In this document: positions 59,748-64,000 of the stretch, in pieces | Position numbering within the stretch: the first letter of the stretch is position 1 | Layout: the number at the start of each line of letters is the position of its first letter | Origin: Basidiobolus meristosporus CBS 931.73 | Taxonomy: Eukaryota; Fungi; Basidiobolomycota | Direction of reading: 5' to 3' | Length of the DNA stretch: 64,000 nt | Assembly (NCBI GenBank): GCA_002104905.1 | Contig: MCFE01000007.1 | Span: 186,001 to 250,000 of the forward strand | Program-made: the position numbers and the translations under genes | Notes under the pieces: model-generated | The model's database searches: none | The model's input: the letters and a program-made list of their open reading frames with translations, nothing else | Told to the model about the DNA's origin: nothing

Positions 59748-61699
59748 CTTTGGTAACAATGTAGTGGTGAATGCCATGAGGGTATTCTCCGTCAAGTTAA
59801 GGTGTAACACAAATTTGTGCACGCCAATCATTTGTGAAACATCAAAATTTAGTATTATGTGAGATAGAGTTCTACAGCTTTCGAACGAACGCTAGCTATT
59901 CACCCGTTTAATCCGATTCACCATTCTTCCGTCAACCAACTCCACCGCAGATCGATTTCATCTTCGATATACACTGGTATCTACTTTACTCTCATGAACC
60001 ATGTCAGCCATTCTCAACCACTGGCAACTCTCATTAGATGTACCTGCTCGGCTAAAGCTGTAGTGGTCGGTCAGTAAGTGTGTGTGCCATTGAGCCCATA
60101 TAAGTTAATGCCTGACTCCTCGCATATATCGTCAACAGGAAATGAATCTTTGTCGATCGATTTTTAATTGGGGTGCTAGAATCTTGATATTATGCGTATC
60201 GAAGGAATTCCTAACTTTTGAATGTTTTATGATATCATGGTAGATGATTTCCTTTGTATTAGGAGCACTAGATTATCGATTAACCACCTACTCATGATTA
60301 ATTTATTCCGCTTAGAAAACGATTGAGGGTGCTAAATTGGATTAGTGATGGCTCGTCTTCAATTTTGTCTACACCTCAAAGCATCAAAGAATTGTAGTTA
60401 GAATATTATCTCGTAGTGTGGTTTGGGGACTTCCAAGGATTTACCAGAGCTCTGCAAAGGCTAGCGAAGTAGAATGCTCGTTGATATACTACTACTTGAT
60501 GTGCATGGTGGAAGTTTCTTCAATAACACCCATTCCATATCAATAATGATTGAATGCATTTCATCACTATCTAGATTTGTTGTCCAATGCACTATGATTG
60601 CAAATCATGTGCATGTAATACTTATGTATTGCACCTAAGCTCTGAAAATTTATCAGACAAAATCAGCTTTATCTGTATATACTATATTAATCAAATAACT
60701 CACTATATATGCACAGTTCTCCTAAACAAACACTCGAATACTGCCATCCTTATATGTCTATATTAATACTACTTGTAAAGTCAGACAGTATTAGGAACTT
60801 CAAAACTAATAGTGCTACCACCGATTTAAAAAAATGCTCCTGGAGGCTGTGTACAGAGGTATGTTTATCAATTCTAAAGATCAGTAGATATCCAACAACT
60901 AAAGCAGAAGCCAATATTCAGTATTCCAACAGTTTAGTAAATTGTAATACAATAACTTCGATGCCAAGCTAAATTATTTCACCAGCGGCTTCATAGCCCT
61001 CGCCCTAGCTCAAACTATACCCAGCCATTATTCAGTATAAATTAAAGACCTGTAAATGGTACTTGCCCTTTGCATTTATATGAGCTTCAAGTTAGTAAGT
61101 CATCTTATTTCATACTAATACACATTTTATGGGTTGATGCAACACATAATGGACAGGAGTGTTCCTCACTACTGCTGTCCAACCCGTATTGAGAGTAGTA
61201 CAATATTTCACTTTTTCAGGTCATTCCGGTACAAACAAATAACCACACCATCAAAATATATATGCATACTCTGACCGAATGATTGAGCTTGAAGTTCTTT
61301 GGATTCTAAGAATCCTTTGGAATGTTGTCTAGTATTCTGGTTCTCAAATTCAATACTGAATGATAAATTCCTAGAAGTTTCTGATGGATATCCTAGGAAA
61401 AATATCCTAAACCATGCTAAGCCTACAACTTCTATTAGAGTGTTGTATTTTATGAGACAGGTAGGCATTTAGCTACACAATCCATATACAATCTGCGAGT
61501 CCAACCTGAAGACCCGCCTTATCATACCGACACCCACAGGGTGGTGGGATTCCTAAGCTTCCTGAGACTCTCTCTAAAGCCGTCCCTAATCGCATCACTT
61601 TTCAGTCATCAACAGAGAACAGCCTCCAATATATGGTCGACTTTGGGATAATTTCAGGTTATCAAACAGTGCATGAGTACCAGTATGTTTGTATGTTGA

Positions 61700-63990
61700 T
61701 ACCACCATAGATGGCATCACTTGAGAGGAGATTTGATGGAGTGTATAGGGCGGGTTTCGATTTCGCCACCTCCAAAGATTACGTTTCGGTACTAATCAAG
61801 GGATATGCCAAAGGGGAGAGGAAAGAAGGAGCTTCCACAAGGAAAATTTTCATAATTTGCACGTCGGATGAGTTAATCTGTCACCGACTCTGTGTATCTA
61901 CGACCGCCAAACCATCTCAAATCCTAGGAAGGTGGGTACTCGCCCTTACGTATAGGTGTTCAACCGATTATCTGACTATCGAATTCCAAATTCCTATTTA
62001 TGTAAAGGCTACTCAATCAGGAGGGAACTCCGGTGTGACCAGCTGTTGGCCTCATGATATGCTACCCAATGGACCGCATGGAGTGGCCTCGCTTCAAGCA
62101 ATCATGGCCAAAACACTTGAACCATACTGGGGTTAGGGAGGAGGGATTTTGGAGAGCATTAGGAGACTGGACTGGTACCAAAGGCCGTTACACTCATCCC
62201 CTTTTTTAATTACCATTGCGTTTCTACTGCTGGTTCCAAAACAAGAACCGAACACATTGGTTACTTATGTCGTGCAACGGGTGGTGGTAGTGGTTGACCA
62301 AGTGATCAGTCAACATCGGCGATCGCCGTTGGTACATAGGGAGTGGAAGACTGATCGCTTGGATCGCTGACATCCTGCTGGGTCTGCCACCAGGACCAAT
62401 ATAGAGGTAGCTCGGAGGCATTTGCACACGGTCGAATCAAATGACTCTACCAGCAATGATCCCCATGTCGCACAAGGGTATTTTGGGGCCAGTTGGACAA
62501 CTAGTACACTCAATATGTATGTGGTTACCAGATCATATTGAACCTTGCTTGAGCTATATCATCTTATTGGTTCCGCTAAATGTCCCAACCGCGTATTTTC
62601 ATGTACCAAATCCAGACATGGATCATCCATGCTCGAACCAGGAAGCAAAGGAGGTTGATGAGTAGCTCAAACAACTTCCAGCTGCGCAGTGGTAGCATAA
62701 TGGCGTTGACTATATCGCTTTTGGGTCAGATGTTACAAAAGCGGTGGTGCCTAGCAGCCTCGAGGGCCCCATTCATTGAATGGATCTTGGGTGTCGAAAA
62801 CAGCAAGTACATGTTCCGGCCGGGTTCCTCGAGAACGATACATCCCGACCCGCTCGCGGTAACGAAGCGTATCCAACACCAGGTCTAGGCTTGGGAAGCC
62901 TTTGTGAGGTTGTACAAGGTGATGCTAAGGGGTCTTTGGAATAGTCATTCGTCCAATCCACAATTGGATGGTTTTGGCGGGTCAGTGATTGTCACAGGAT
63001 ATCCAATTTTCCAGGAGATTTCAAAAATTCTTCACAACCGGTTTGTTGAACCATCCTCTGGCGATCCATTGGGGGTAGGGATGATCTCTACCAAAAACAC
63101 AGTGGAGGGTGCACGCCAAAGAATACCTGATTCTGCTTAATCTTACCGACAAGGTGGTCGGATTACTCGTAGGCCATTCAATGATTGGATCCTATTCAGA
63201 AGTTATTTGCTGTATCTCTCGCTTCATTGATAGATGCCTCCAGGTCGGATTTACCCATCCATACTGGCGCATATTTGGCTTCCATTTCGTAGCATCGCCA
63301 CCTCATGAGGTCCCCGAATTCACCTCAAATCTACAACCACGCTTCCCTGTCGTTTTCAAGGGTTGGCGGGTTAAGCAAGCTCTCGAATACAGTAGTGAGG
63401 AGGAAGAAAATGTGTAGTAAACTGGCCATGAGCAATTGGATTTGAGCACACGACAATTAATAATGAACAAAATTGCAAATCATCATTCTGGTTTCTGCCG
63501 CAATCAGTAATTTTAGCATGCGGCCGATCTTCAGCATTGACTGGTGTCCGCCGAAGTCATTAGCGGCATCCCTTGGTTGTTGGGGATTCACACAGCCATT
63601 CTAGAACCACATGTAGCTATATTCCATTCACTTGTAAGCTAATACCTGCATCGGCTGGTTTTGATGGGGATCCCACTGTTGCTAGAAGCCACAGATGTAC
63701 TGTGACCCAAAATTCCCTATTCCGAACTATGTCCGATGACTTCGGCTCGTAGTGGCGTTGTTGCGATGCACAGGTAATTTCCACGCCACTTTACCACTTC
63801 ATCGCCCCTCAAGAGGCGCTGACTCCTCCCTTTTCGCCATGGTTTGAGCAGCCCATATATAAGCGGTCCTGGAAGGCAGCATTCCGATATTGATATCACC
63901 GCTCCAATACCCCAGAGTGTCAACCTATTAGATATTACGTGGGGGTATGATGTGGCCATAGGTGAGCTTCTTCTATGCAACATCCGCTTA
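61700..63990. mobile_element. Possible decayed retroelement-derived sequence
   Basis: Fragmented ORFs on both strands with no splice-consistent gene model. HRLCVSTTA...ILGRW...YR loosely resembles DIRS-type tyrosine recombinase motifs. Confidence 0.2.
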
Positions 63991-64000
63991 TGAAGTATCT

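Overview
Eukaryotic genomic DNA: short GT-AG introns, no operons, no CRISPR. The gene content (ACT-domain phenylalanine hydroxylase, Ras2-type GTPase, Xbp1-like APSES factor, CBM19 mucin) suggests an early-diverging fungus (Zoopagomycota/Mucoromycota-like; inference). The first ~43 kb carries housekeeping genes (ankyrin-DIL protein, Ras, PAH, NmrA-like reductase, proteasome beta2, C2H2 TF, single-HKD PLD/nuclease, EME1, TMEM41/VTT, Stf2-like) mixed with small secreted proteins and one intronless HTH + pseudo-exonuclease + ycf45-type ATPase fusion. From 44 to 60 kb is a gene-sparse block of secreted proteins. It holds three intact paralogues plus one fragment of a family with an LPMO-like histidine-brace signature (His1 after the signal peptide, WPAKNH, E-W-Y) that I cannot assign to a named AA family, a 253-bp perfect inverted repeat between one gene and the fragment, a Streptomyces-subtilisin-inhibitor-like gene, and a GPI-type Cys-rich protein flanked by repeated ATCTGATAA iron-GATA motifs. 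Exon boundaries were derived by eye and no database searches were run.
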